Positions 23,381 to 36,238 are shown, numbered from the stretch's first letter. The stretch is 64,000 bases of DNA from Callorhinchus milii (GCF_018977255.1 NW_024704742.1:7070001-7134000); one strand, 5' to 3'. Notes: a model not told the origin generated them from the letters alone. Program-made: numbers and translations.

Positions 23381-24353
23381 ACAACAACAAGATTTCATTT
23401 GTGTAGCGCCTTTCATGTCGGGAGGACGTCCCAAGGTGCTGGACAGAGTACAGCATTTCAGACCCGAGCTGGGGTCAGGGTGGGGGTTAGGGAGGGGAGG
23501 GGAAGGGGGATGGCCAATGGCATGGTTGAAGAGGAGGGTCTTGAGGTGGGACTTGAAGGAGGCTAAGGAGGGGGCGAGGCAGAGTGACTGGGGTTGGAAT
23601 TCCAGAGGTTGGGGGCAGAGTGGCTGAAGGCTCTCCCGCCAATGGTGGGGCAGGTGGGTCAGGGGACGTGGAACAGGCCAGAGCCGGCTGAGCGGAGATA
23701 ACAGGTGGGTTGGTAGGGGGTTAGGAAGTCGCAAAGGTAGGGTGGGGCAAGGCCATGGAGAGCTTTGTAGGTGATGACCAGGATCTTGAACTGGATTCTC
23801 TGAAGGATAGGGACCCAGTGGAGTTGGGTGAGAATGGGGGAGATGGGGTCACGGGGTTTGGTGTGGGAGAGGACACGGGCTGCAGAGTTCTGGATTATCT
23901 GCAGCCTGTGGAGGGAGGAGTTGGGAAGGCTGACAAGGTTTGCGTACTCGAGCCTGGAGGTGATGAAGGCATGAACAAGAGTTTCAGCGGCCTGAGGGGT
24001 GAGGTAGTGGCGGAGTCGGGCGATGTTACGGAGGTGAGGAAGGCAGAGCAGGTCATGGCTTGAATGTGGGGGAGAAAAGACAGTTGAGGGTCGAACAAGA
24101 CACCCAGGTTCCTGACTGGTTTGGTGAGTTGAAGTGTGCAACCATGGAGGTTGATGCTGCCAGAGCCTGAGGCGCTGAGGCGCTAACGCGCGCCAATCAG
24201 GAGGGCCTCAGTCTTGTTCACATTCAACTGTAGGAAATTTGCCCTCATCCAGGACTTGATGTCTGACAGACAGTCTGTCAGGACAGCAGAGGTCCTGGAG
24301 TTGAGGGTGGAGGCAGAAAGATAGAGTTGGGTGTCATCCGCATACATTGGAAA
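23381..24353 (-). mobile_element. L2 LINE, 3' ~970 bp from the YADD motif to the tail
   Basis: rc 'atgtatgcggatgacacccaactc'; HLRNIARLRHYLT..AETLVHAFITSRLEYAN..LQIIQNSAARVL..LHW. Confidence 0.95.
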
Positions 24354-24774
24354 TTAATCAAGAATTAGTAAGTATTTAATACGAGTGACGTGCGAATTAA
24401 AAATTTACTGCGCATGAATTTTAAATGAAAGGCATATGCATATTTCATTTGTGAAGCACTAAAATCTCGGTTTTAAAAACTACACATTTAATAAATAAAC
24501 ACGTAATGAATTAATACGCAGGGAATTCAGTCCTTAATATGTACAAGTTTACAGCTGTAAGGGTCTTGAATTATTCAATATGAAATGAATTATTTGCTAA
24601 ATAAAACCTAATAAAACTTTTGAATCAGGCACGGCTGATTTCTTGAAAAAATACTCATTTAACCATTTAAGTGTCCACACTGTTGGAAAGCTCCTGTTTT
24701 ATAGTGAGTATATATCTTGAACTTGTCAAACTATAACGTGGACATTAATGACCTGTGGCGCCTACTTCTAGGAC

Positions 24775-24850
24775 CAGGGGCTCCCAAACTTTCTAGACTC
24801 AAGGCCCGCCCATAACGTTAAGCATCCTGACTCAGGACCTCGACACAATA
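24775..24850 (+). mobile_element. Possible hAT/Charlie-type transposon terminus
   Basis: 'caggggctcccaaacttt' matches the CAGGGGTTCCCAAACTTT-type terminal repeat; no partner end found. Confidence 0.35.
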
Positions 24851-24937
24851 AAATCCTTAGAAATTACTTTAGTTGCAAACAACCTTCTAAAAAGAAAATA
24901 AATAAAGGCAATATCTCCAATGTTAATGTAGATATCG

Positions 24938-25445
24938 TACAATACAAATTACATTTGTATGGAGCCTTTCACGTCTGGAGAATGTCCCAAGGCCCTGGAC
25001 AGTCATCGATTTGGACCCGAACTGGGGGTCGGGATCGGGAAGGCTGGAGGGCAGGGTGGGAGGCCGGCCGAAGGCCGAAAAGGAGGGTTTTGTGAAGCTT
25101 CTTGAAGGAGGCGAAGGAGGGAGCGGAGTGAAGGGATGGTGTTCCAGAGGGTGGGGGCAGAGAGGCTGAAGGCCCAACCGCCGATGGTGGGGAAGGCCGG
25201 GCGGGGCACATGGGGCAGGCCGGAGCCTGCTGAGCGGAGGGAGCGGACAGATTGATATGGGGTCAGCAGATCACAGAGGTAGGGAGGAGGCAAGGCCATG
25301 GAGGGCTTTGAAGGCGAGGACGAGGATTTTGAAATCTATCCTCTGGGGGATGGGGAGCCAGTGGAGCCGGGCGAGGGTAGGTGTGATGGGGTCATGGAAC
25401 CCGATGCAGGAGAGGACACGAGCCTCAGAGTTCTGGATGATGTGT
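24938..25445 (-). mobile_element. L2 LINE 3' fragment
   Basis: PYLCDLLTPYQSVRSLRSAGSGL...GGWAFSLSAPTLWN; stem-loop tail. Confidence 0.92.
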
Positions 25446-26476
25446 GGTCTGCCTGCCCAATGAGTAAGGTTGACCTCACCTCAATCACCTCACCTGGCAT
25501 TGGCCCGATATCTGACCCGATTGGTCAGATTTCAGAGAGTAACGGATGGATCTCGGAGCTGCAGGAGCTGTAATTGTTTGACAGAGAGCCAGGTCTGTTA
25601 TTGGGCCACAGGGAGCAAGAGATGGAGCCATCAAGCGATGGTTTGTTCCAGTTGCCTCCTCGTGTACCCCAGAACTCGTGCACCCCAGACCCCACACCTC
25701 GAGCACCCCGGTTCCCCCTGAAACTCTAATGTTTCTCTAACATGGCCATGCATAATTAATAATGCAACCACTTATTTTTACCATCAGGATCAATAAACTT
25801 TAAAAAGAAAGGTACTCTGGGTGAATTTTGTTTCCCCCCCAAAAAAAAAATTTAACAGAAAGATCAATAATCGATAGAAAACTTTCCAGTCTCAGAAATC
25901 TAGTTGGCCACTTTGGCACAGCAACAGTTTACAACCGGAATGGCTGTCTGGAGCTATGGTCACACAATATTTGCACACCCTTCAGGCAATCGTGTGTTTT
26001 AAACTGATACTCAAACCTATTCGACTGCTCATCTGTTCGGCTTTCACGTGACAATGAAATGCCCAAGCATTTTACCGAGCTTGGGCTGCAAAATAAAACC
26101 CAATTTGAAGTTGAATTCTCCCTATCACTGCACTCTGTGTGACTGACGCAGGAAAAAATGGAAGTAACAGTTTTAGATGTGGCCCCAAGGTATCCCACTG
26201 CTAATGTCTGTTCAACTGCCTGGTCTGCAGCAGAGAGATTGCAGAATGATATCTCGCTCGGGGGATACAGGAGAATATTACAACCAAAACTAGAAGCAGA
26301 TCCCATTGGTTATCTTTTGCTGTCATTAGTAGGTCTTTAACTCTGGTTGTTCATTCACACCTGAATTACCCTGTGCATATTGGAGCTTGTGTTTGTGTTT
26401 TGGTGCCTGTGTGCATGTGTTTAAGCCTCTGTATGTGTGTGTGTGTGTCTATGCACATGAATGCATATTAATTTTA

Positions 26477-26938
26477 TGTCAGCCTAGCGCAGACGGTAGC
26501 ACTCTCACCTCTGAGTCAGAGGGTTGTGGGTTCAAGCCCCACGTCGGGACTTGCAATCACACAGTCTAAGCTGACACTCCAATACAGTCATGGGGATGTG
26601 TTGCATTGCCGAAGGTGCCGTCCTTTGGATGAGATGTTAAACCGAGGTCCTGTTTGCCTGTTCAGGTGGCTGTTAAAGGTCTTATGGCGCTAGTCAAAAA
26701 GAGAAGGGAGTTTCTTTAGGTGTCCTGGCAAACTATCCCTCAAATAAGATGGTTGTTTGTTGGACATTGCTCGATCCACAAATATTTGTGGGACACTGCT
26801 GTGCACAGTTAGCTGCCACGTTTCGCTAACAAAATATACTCGATTCAGTATATTCAGTATTTACAGTATATTCTGTGAAGCACTTTGAGACTTCTCAACC
26901 ACGTGATAAGGCATTATATCAAATCCAAGGATTATTAT
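26477..26938 (+). mobile_element. SINE-B head and Deu domain joined to a SINE-A-type tail
   Basis: Well-preserved 'ggatgagatgttaaaccgaggtcctgtttgcctgttcaggtgg'; from ~26790 the tail is SINE-A-like ('cacgtgataaggcattatatcaaatccaaggattatt'). Confidence 0.82.
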
Positions 26939-27358
26939 TCTTAATTGCAGAATAATGTTCTGAAATTTCTATTATAATAAAATCCAGCATAGAAGTCAAA
27001 ATCCTGTTTATTTCCTACATTGTTCATCCTGAAATAAAAATGAATCATCGCAAATAGATCACATTGGAACGGAGTTCTCATGAATCACCAGAATATAATA
27101 CAATAATAATACCTACACTTGATATAGCGCCTTTCACATTGGGAGAATATTTCAAAGCACCACACAGGATACATTGTAAAGTGGAGTGACCGTGCATTCA
27201 GCAGGTGAACACAGATCAGCTTGACTTGCATCCAGTTACTGGCGGGAGACATCTTTGCAATGTCTTGTTACAAATGTCACATCTTACACCTCATAGAACT
27301 CGGCTGTTACTACTTTGGAGTTCAGTATATATGAAACATCAACTCCTTATAAATGATT

Positions 27359-27795
27359 GAAGCCTGGCTTCATTATTCTGGTTGAGTTGGTAAAACTCTT
27401 GCCTCTGAGTCAGAAGATTGTGGCTTGAAGGCCCATGGTGGGACTCCAAATCCATTCTAGGTTGGCACTAAGTCAGTGCTGGGGGAGCACTGCATGGTCA
27501 GAGATGCCATCCTTTCGAAGATACATTAAAGTATGATCTTGTCTGTCTGTTCAATGGACGTTAAGCATTCCAAGGCACCCTTCACAAAAAGAAGGTCATT
27601 TTTTCCAATGTCCTGGCCAACCACGGCCAGCACAAAACTGGCTATTTACAGTTATTGTGGGACATTGCTGTGCATAAACCTGGCTGCTGCGTTTGCCTAC
27701 AAAATATAGTCACTACACCTTACAGTAAATCCTGTGAAGTACTTTGAGATGGCTTCCTGACTTGATGAGCGCTATACCGAAAGGATGATTCTATT
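27359..27795 (+). mobile_element. SINE-B, full length, diverged
   Basis: Head 'ctcttgcctctgagtcagaag', Deu domain, tail. Confidence 0.8.
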
Positions 27796-28282
27796 ATCGC
27801 AATAAGTTACAATCGTGTCATCGCATAATATACAATGGCAAGTCTCTGCGGGGGGAAAAAAACAAGTTAGGAAACTAAGGCTTCTTTCCCATTAATAGAG
27901 CTTGTTCCACTGTTAGCAGCCGCCGTGACCCTGGAGAAGCTCCTTTAATAGGATTAAGCTGGGCAGGGAGTTCCAGAGCAAGCAAATAAAGTGTGCACTA
28001 GGAAGAAGATAAAGTAATAAAGCCATTGACTGCATGCACAAAGAGGCAGCAAATGGACCATTAACAGACCATGAGTTGTTGGAATGAAGTACTGAAAAGC
28101 TGTACATGACACAGGTCATTTCAGTCAGGAGTTAGACATGCAGATTAGACATCATGAAGACAAATGCATAAGCAAGAGATAGGAGTAAGCGAACCATCAG
28201 AAAGAAACATGATAGATCTGGCACAGCTCTGCTAAAAAAAAAGACAGGCCTTGTGGATAAGAAATTTCTATTTTATTAAAAC

Positions 28283-28633
28283 AGTCCTGTAGCTCAGTGG
28301 TTAGAGCACTTGCCTCGCAAGCGAAAGACCTGGGTTTGATTCCCAGCAGGACAAAACATTGGGCAAGTTTCCTTATGCCACACGCCTCTATTTACCTAGC
28401 AGTAAGTAGGAATCGCTAGCCAATTGGCAGAACGTTTTTCCAGGGGTAATAATTCCTTCAAAAATAATAATAAATTGGTCACTCAATCCACGACTGTTTG
28501 TGGGACACTGCTGTGCGCAATTGGCTGCTGCGTTTCGCCCACAAAATATACAGTCAATTCACTTTATTTTGTGGAGCGTTTTGAGGCATCTCAAAGACGT
28601 GATTAGGTGCTATATCAAATGCATGGATTATTA
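28283..28633 (+). mobile_element. SINE-A, full length
   Basis: 'agtcctgtagctcagtggttagagcacttgcctcgcaagcg...' through the tail. Confidence 0.93.
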
Positions 28634-30408
28634 GTCTCATAAATCTCAGATATGGAGGGAAAGTGAAGCAGACATCTACGTTTTGAAGATGTTAAAATCA
28701 ATATTCAGACCTGCAGACTGCCAGAACAGGGAAAGATTCTGCTCCTCTAGTTTGCACTGGAGGAAATTGCAATTGCAAACCACAAGAAAGTCAGGATAAT
28801 TTTTCTAGAAATTTGTAGGTGGATTCAAACCGCATGTCAGGACATTGAACTCACAGGAACATAGGAACAGGAGTAGGCCATTCAGCTACTCACAGCCTAG
28901 GTTGACACTCCAATGCAATGCTGAGATGTGCTGCATTGTTGGAGGTGCCATCCTTCAGACTTTAAAGCTGAGGTGTGGTGTTTTAGACCTCAGTAAAACA
29001 CACTGGTGTTTTAGCCAAAAAGATTATAAAATGAAAGTTTTGTGATGGGGCTTGAACGCACAACCTTCTGACTCAGAGGCAAGAGGGCTACCAACTGAGC
29101 CAGGCTGACTACCTTGCTCTGAGTATCTCTTATTTTGGTTATAACAAACTCCACTGAAAGCATTGATTATTCGACAAAAACACTCCTATCCGATAACCCG
29201 AGTCGTTAAATCACAGCTCAATACAAGGCACTTGATCTAATCTCTCTAAAGACGTCAAACCACTCCAGTGTGGTTAAAGTGTAAGAGAGAAAGAAGTTTC
29301 TATAGAACCATAGAAATTAAGAACACAGAAGTCCTTTTGGTACATGGTATCTGTTTCAAAGAGCAATGCATTCAGTTCCATTTACTTGCCTTCCCCCCAT
29401 ATAGATACCCTTGCAAATGATTCCTTTTCAGATATCCATCTAGCTTCTGGTTCAGGAACTTTGCCCTTTGCCAGTCCTCTTTGACTCTTATACTCTTATA
29501 TCATCACTCACCTTGGCACAAAATGGTAAAGTGTTTCATGATAATTAAATGTCTGAGAGTTTGACAGGTCTGACTCTGCAGACAATTTGGTGTAATTAAA
29601 GCCAGCTTGCTTACATCAAAAGAACTAGTTAAGGGGATTGCTCTGTTGAATAAATCAGCAGAGCGTGCTCCTGTCTGCAGGCTGCTCGCAAATACTAGCT
29701 GTGTGGTGTTCCTATTTGCATTTAAAGGGGCAAACAATCTTTTTTAATGGTTGATTTTCAATGGTTTATCTACGAACAGAACCTACAGAGCACTACAACT
29801 GTATGCGACTGCTATCAAATACCCAATAGGCCAGGCAGTCCCCCATAGTGAGGGACTGAACACCAGAAGGCAAGCAAGCCTGGGCTCTTTGATAGCCTGT
29901 TAGAAAGTAACATTGGCACCTGTTTGCTCTCTTAGCTGACTATGGTGAGGTGGGGGATGCAGAAGGAAGAGCGGTACAATACACAACAATACAATACAAA
30001 TTTATATAGCGCTTTTCACATTGTAGGGTGTTCCAAGGTGCTTAAGAGAAACTGAACGAAAGAAATAGAAAACAAATAGAAAATTCTTCTTTGTTCCCTC
30101 ATGGACATTTTCCAGGAACATCTACTACAACAACTTGCATTTATACAGCACCCCTCATGCAAGGTAGCTTCCCAAAGCACTTATGAGCATTGCTGACACT
30201 CTTTACTGTCACAGTCAGTCAGGCTTTTTTTTGGGTGGGTGAGTGGGGTGGATTTCCAGTTTCCTTTAATGGTTTATGAAATCTGTTTAGAAATATTGGG
30301 AACAGTGCTGTGGTACTCCTAAACACATTTGGTTCCTTATTTAATGAGCGGATTTCAAATATGGTTTGAAATGTTCTCTTCCTCTGACCTCTGAATAGAG
30401 TAATCATG

Positions 30409-30409
<1 letters not shown>

Positions 30410-30443
<34 letters not shown>

Positions 30444-30837
30444 CCTTGCATTTGATATAGCAACTTTCACATCAGGAGGACATCTCAAAATTCTTCATAA
30501 AATATATTGTAATATGTAGTGACTATGAATTTTGTAGGTGAATCCATATGCTAGTTTGTTCACAACAGTACCTCACGAACAGCTGTGAAGTGAATGACCA
30601 ATTTTATTTGGAGGATTGTTGGCCAGGACACCAGGAGAAACTCCTTTCGCTTTTTGAACAGTGCCATGGGATTGTCCACCCGAGGAAGTTCAGTTTAGTA
30701 TCTCATTCCAAAGGACGGCACCTCTGACAATGCAATGCTCCCCCGGAACTGCAATAGGTGGGTGTCAGTTCAAATTCCCAACAGGGGGTTGGATTCAAAG
30801 GGAGACGAGAGTGCTGCCAACTGAGCCAGACTGATAC
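30410..30837 (-). mobile_element. SINE-B with long (AAT)n tail
   Basis: Tail, Deu domain and head 'gagagtgctgccaactgagccagactgata'. Confidence 0.85.
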
Positions 30838-30974
30838 CTGAGGTGGGAAGTCACCACAATCATTTTTTCTCTGGTTTCTAAAACTAGAGTACAATGATCT
30901 TTGTAAAGTGTTGATCTTAAACAAATGCACCACATAGTGAGTGCAGTGTCATTCTGATCTTATACGATGAAATT

Positions 30975-31230
30975 CTTGATTCTTGGTGTATGTGCTAAGT
31001 GAAATGAATTCTCTCGGGGTTGGAAAAGGAGAGCTACAAATTGGTCTCAAATCAACGGTGGATGTCTAGGGAGGGAAAAATCAACCAGTGTTGGTACTTG
31101 CTGATTGATACCCAGTGATCGATGCTGAGAATGTGTGTGGGGCATTGGATGGGAGAGAGATTAGCTCAGATGAGATAGCGCGCTTCTGTTAAATGCACTG
31201 CTGATACTCACTGTCTAGGTTTGACCATGC
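30975..31230 (+). mobile_element. Ancient SINE relic, AmnSINE2-like
   Basis: Blocks 'gctacaaattggtctca', 'ctagggagggaaaaatcaaccagtgtt', 'tacccagtga', 'ctgctgatactcactgtctaggt' match, in order, the AmnSINE2 consensus as I recall it; family name not verified. Confidence 0.55.
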
Positions 31231-31929
31231 CTATGGACACCTCCCACTCGCACCTCACCCTTCCTCGGCATCTAACCCCATCCCTATGCAGCATTCCGAG
31301 ACCCTATCCTGGGTGAAGGGCAAGTGTCGTTGTCATCATTCAGTGAGGCACCCACAAAATATAAAGTCAATTCACTTTACGGTATATTCTGTGTAGTGCT
31401 CGAAGACTTGATAAGGAGTTAAATCAAATGCAAGGATTATTATTATTATTACTTGTGGAACTGGGGGATAAAAAAACATCAATGATACTTTGAGTTGTTT
31501 CAAATAAATGTCACTCTGAGACATACTTGGCAAAAAATGTAAGGACAGTTTTATCGTTAATATTAATGTTAATTAAAATATCCGAGAGCAGTTGGTAGGA
31601 TTAAATGTTAAATACGCAAGGCCACAGACGAAAAAGCTGTGCCCTAACATGCTTTGGTGAGTGCAGACACCTGGTCTGTCTGGCAGCACTGATAATGGTC
31701 CTGGCAGCAACAGATCAGGCAAAGTCTGCAGGAGCTTCAAGGTCAGCAAAACATAGAGAAATGTGCTATCTTTAAACTTAGCCATCAAGAGCTAGTTCCT
31801 AAAAAAAATGTCTTTCTTTTACTGGAATAGGCTCTGATTAATATATTGGAAAAAGGGGCCCAAGGATTTAGTTCTATTGCTCTGCATATGTGTCTGTGAT
31901 TCTCTGCGACATCAAAGATAGTGAGGTTG

Positions 31930-32175
31930 AACATTAGAATTTTCTAGGCGAAAGAACAACCAAGGTCCATCAAGTTCATCTTCCATCGTCCTCGCAATCC
32001 CTTGATATGTCGTGTCCCAAATTACATACAGTATCCCGAGATATTATTTCTAATTTGTTCTTGAAACAAATGACATTTTCTGCTTCCACTGTCTCCCTGG
32101 GGAGCGCGTTCCACAAGTTTTACTACCCGCTCACTGAAGTAGCGTTTCCGCAGATTTGTTCCGAATTTACCCCCA
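31930..32175 (-). mobile_element. CR1 LINE 3' end
   Basis: 'ctgcttccactgtctccctggggagcgcgttccacaagttttactacccgctcactgaag' is the reverse complement of FS.RVV..WNALP..VEA. Confidence 0.75.
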
Positions 32176-32985
32176 TAAAGGATCAAAAGTGTTACGCCAA
32201 CACCCCAGGGACAAGTCTGCCTAGTTCAGATGCATGTCAAAGATCTGGAGTTTCGCTGCATTGTCGGAGGTGTCGTCCTTCGAACGAGATGTTATGACAA
32301 CTGAAGTCCCGTCAGCCTATTGGGGTGCACTTTAAAGTTCCCGTGGCACTCATTTCACGGTCTATGGCCATTCATGTTCTTTCCGGTACATTCTGTGTGG
32401 AATTTTCTTTGGCTGTTTCTGCCTAAAAATACACTGCAAGATATTACTGTTGCGTTTGCCTCCACCTAAACTGTTGTCACCTCAGCAAGGTCTTCTGATT
32501 TGCCTTGAGAGAGTTTATGCTAATTTTACACGGGATCCTTGATGGGCCTCAATAGGTTGAGTCAGAGTCACACAAAGCCGATAAAGTCTGACGAATTGGC
32601 GGTTGGCTATTAATGTTTTCCAGCCTGTTGACTTGTAGTTGACATTTTGTCACCTGCGAAGATCAAAGGAAAAGAAAGGCATGGATTTTAGAAATTTGTC
32701 ATAAAATGAGAAAGGGCCAGCAACGTGACTCATGTCGGCCGCATTCGCTTCTGTCTTTCTCCTTCAGATGTTAATGGCCCTGCTGGGCATCATCAGTACT
32801 TGTTTTTTTAAAAAAGATTAACTATTAGTTCGCAACCAACGAAAGATTCACCAATAAATTTTGATGCAGCATTTGGTCCTAGAATTTTATGAGACCAGAT
32901 ACAGTGTGGAGTCCTGTAGCTTAGTGGCTAATGCACTTGCCTCACAAGCGAGAGGACCGAAGGCGTGGTTGAAGAGGAGATGAGA

Positions 32986-33935
32986 TGAGATGTGCGGATG
33001 ACACCCAACTGTATCTCTCTGCCTCCATTCTTGACTCCAGGACCACTGCTGTGCTGACAGAATTTCTGTCAGACATCAAGTCCTGGATGAGAGCTAACTT
33101 TCTTCAGTTGAACGTCAACAAAACCGAGGCTCTCCCGATTGGCTTCCGTCAGCGCCTCCGTACCTCAGGCACTGATAGCATCACCATCCATGGTTGCACA
33201 CTCCACCCTGCTAAGCCAGTCCGGAACCTCGGGGTCTTGTTTGACTCTCAACTATCCTTTCTACCCTACATCTGTGCCATTACCCGCTCTGCCTTCCTCC
33301 ACCTCCGTAACGTCGCTCGGCTCCACCACTGTCTCACACTGCAGACCGCCGAAACCTTCATGCACACATTCATAACATCCAGGCTCGACTACGCAAACTC
33401 CTTGCTTGTCGGCCTCCCCAACTCCTCCCACCACAGGCTGCAGATCATCCAGAACTCATGGCTGCCCATGCCCTCTCCTCGCCTGACTCCTCTGGCTTCC
33501 CATCACACAGAGGATACAGTTCAAGATTCTGGTCCTCACCTTCAAAGCCCTCTATGGCCTTGCTCCCCCCTAACTCTGCGACTTTCTAACCACCCTACTA
33601 ACCTGCCCGCTCCCTCCGCTCAATGGGCTCCAGCCTGCTTCACATTCCCCGCCTCGCCCGCCACACCATTGGTGGGCGGGCCTTCAGCCCCTCTGCCCCA
33701 CTTTCTGGAACTCCATCCCGCAGTCCCTCCCCTTTCGCGCCCTCCCTTGCCTTCTTCAAGACCCAACTCAAGACCTTCCTCTTCAACCATGCTTTTGATC
33801 ACCCTCCTTCTCCCCCGCCCCCCCACTTCCCCAATCCCGACTCCCAGCTCGGGTCCAAAACAATGACTGTCCAGCGCCTTGGGATGTCCTCCTGACGTGA
33901 AGGGCGCTATGCAAATGTAATTTTGTTATTTTTAT
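32986..33935 (+). mobile_element. L2 LINE, 3' ~950 bp from the YADD motif to the tail (ORF track 32985-33866)
   Basis: ADDTQLY..DIKSWMRANFLQLNVNKTE..VRNLGVLFDSQLSF..SRLDYANSLLVGLP..LQIIQN; frameshifted after ~33460; complete tail. Confidence 0.95.
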
Positions 33936-34136
33936 TGTTGCATTTGCTATCGCGCTTTATCATGTCATTGAAGTGTCTCAAAGTGCTTCACAGAATATAC
34001 TGTAAAGAGGGGTAGCTGTGTATTTTGTGCGCGAAACGCGGCAGTCAATTGCGCACAGAACTGTCCTACAAATTGTCGTAGATTGAGTGACCAATTCATT
34101 AAAAAATACTATTATTATTATTATTATTATTATTAT
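33936..34136 (-). mobile_element. SINE-A, 5'-truncated, tail-to-tail with the L2
   Basis: Reverse complement of tail and body. Confidence 0.85.
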
Positions 34137-35872
34137 ATTGTTTACCCTGCAGTTAAGACAGTGAATGAAGCAGTCTGTACTGTTGCACTGCATGATGCAG
34201 GGGACTGGCTACTAAGCTAATCAACAGCAAATCTGAAATTCAGAGCGTCTTAAATCAAACAGAGTCAGAGAGGAGCTTCATTACCGCTGCAAAGTGACAT
34301 GGATTTGATCCCAGATTCCAAAAATTCAAGGGTTGACTTCAAATCCATTGCACCATCTGGTACTTGGCATAACATTGCCTTTTCTTTGGGGATCAAGTTC
34401 AGTTACACTTCGGACCTTGAACCACAGAGGATCCAGAATAAAGTGAAGCCAAACAATGTGATTCTGTTTTTCTGCTGAAAACGAGATTTTGTGCACTCAA
34501 ACGTAAATCGTCCAATTTATTTGATTCTGCTTATCTCTTGGCTCATTATAATATGTAGTCTATATTGAATTGAATTGCTGTTAAGATTTGCTGAGCGTTA
34601 ACTAGAACTGACAGCTGGGTTGTAAATGGGAGTTATTATCATAACATGCAAGTGCTGTCTGATCCCTTTGTACATTTATCTTTGCACCTCCCTTCCAAGG
34701 TTTAGACTTCTGGCTCGGGATTCCATTCCTATTTATTCATCTTTGTCACTTTTCACTGTCAGATACCTTTCTAGACGTTTGTTGCGTTCAATGAATGTTA
34801 TCTCACAAAAGGCCTTCTCGATGATGAAGTTGAGCTTTGTATCAGGTTCAGGCCAAGGAGACTAAATGGACCTCTTCACATTCATACACTCATGATGTTT
34901 GTCTTTGTGTCAAAAGGGAAATTAATGGCAAGGTTCTGGATGACCTTAAAGTATCCTGGGGGCATTGAGCTGCCATTGAAACAGTCTCTGTGCTCGAAAC
35001 ATCTGTTGTTCTCCTTAGTATACATTGGTTTCAAGTTTACTAGCTTGCTCATTCATAATATAATGTACATATCAGCACAACCTTACCAGACTACGCTAGA
35101 GAGTGCATGGGATTCAGAGCACAAGAGTAGCAATTTGCATTTATATAGCGCCCTTCACAGGAGTAGCTTCATGAAGAGTATTAGCACAGTATTCCTGCAT
35201 TGTGTGAACAGACCCCATGAGGTTCAGAGAGTAATTGACAGTGACTTCCAGCCACAGGTGAATACAGATTTGCCCCACAGGGTATTTGCCTAAGGTTGCA
35301 TTGACAAGTAATACTGTTTATATATCGAAAGAAATCAGCTCTTAAACATCAACCCATTAAGACAACAACAACAACTTGGATTTATATAGCGGCCTTCACG
35401 CCAGGCGGAGTTTCGGAGCGCTTAAAGCAATATAAAGAGATGAACGTCCTTTATTGGTGAAGAGAGATGGGGGGGCCCTTTTAGAAGGTACTTTTATTCA
35501 ATCAGTGGTGTGGAGTGAGTCAGACCGTGTGAGGGAGTTGCAGTTCCATCAGTCGATAAACTGGGGTGCTTTATCATTTGGCCTGTGCTTTTGATTTGCC
35601 AACACACTGCTAGCCTCCTCCAAAGCTCCATTTGTCTTGTCAATCCCATTTCTTCTGCCAATCAAACCAAACTTACTCCATCAGTCTCCCTGTCTATCTG
35701 TCTCCTGGGGCACAGTCTCCTGCATGTAAGGCAGAGAGGAAATCCACAAGGGAAAAGAGAATGGAGAGATATGGGAGAGAGGATTAGTGGGGTGGAATAC
35801 TCATGTGGAATATACTGGCGGAGGCTAGTGGCACTGAATGGTCCATTTCCGCGAGGTTCAATCTATGCAATT

Positions 35873-36238
35873 AATAATAATAATCCTTGCATTTGATATA
35901 GCGCCTTATCGCATCTTCAAGATGACTGTATATTTTGTGGGCGAAACGCGACAGCCAATTGTGCACAGCAGTGTCCCACAAACAGTCGTGGATTGAAGTG
36001 ACGAATTTATTATTAGTAGTATTTTGAAGGGATTATTACCCCCGGAAAAGCGATCCGCCAATCAACTAACAATCAGGTTCCTACTTACTGCTGGGTAAAC
36101 AGAGGTGTGGAAACTTGCAAGTTTCCAAGTAAGAAGTTTCCAAGTGGAAACTACCCATCATTTTGCTCTGCCGGGAATCAAACCCAGGGCTCTCACGTGC
36201 GAGGCGACTGCTCTAACGACTGAGCTGCAGGACTCCAC
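35873..36238 (-). mobile_element. SINE-A, near full length, with internal fold-back scar
   Basis: Head and tail present; rearranged at 36108-36153. Confidence 0.9.

Noticed and set aside
25929..26306. 125-aa minus-strand ORF in unique sequence
   Set aside because: No splice signals or recognisable motifs; length is compatible with chance.
32985..33866. Longest ORF (293 aa) as a functional RT or host gene
   Set aside because: 5'-truncated L2 ORF2 starting at a mutated YADD (CADD) and shifting out of frame after ~160 codons.
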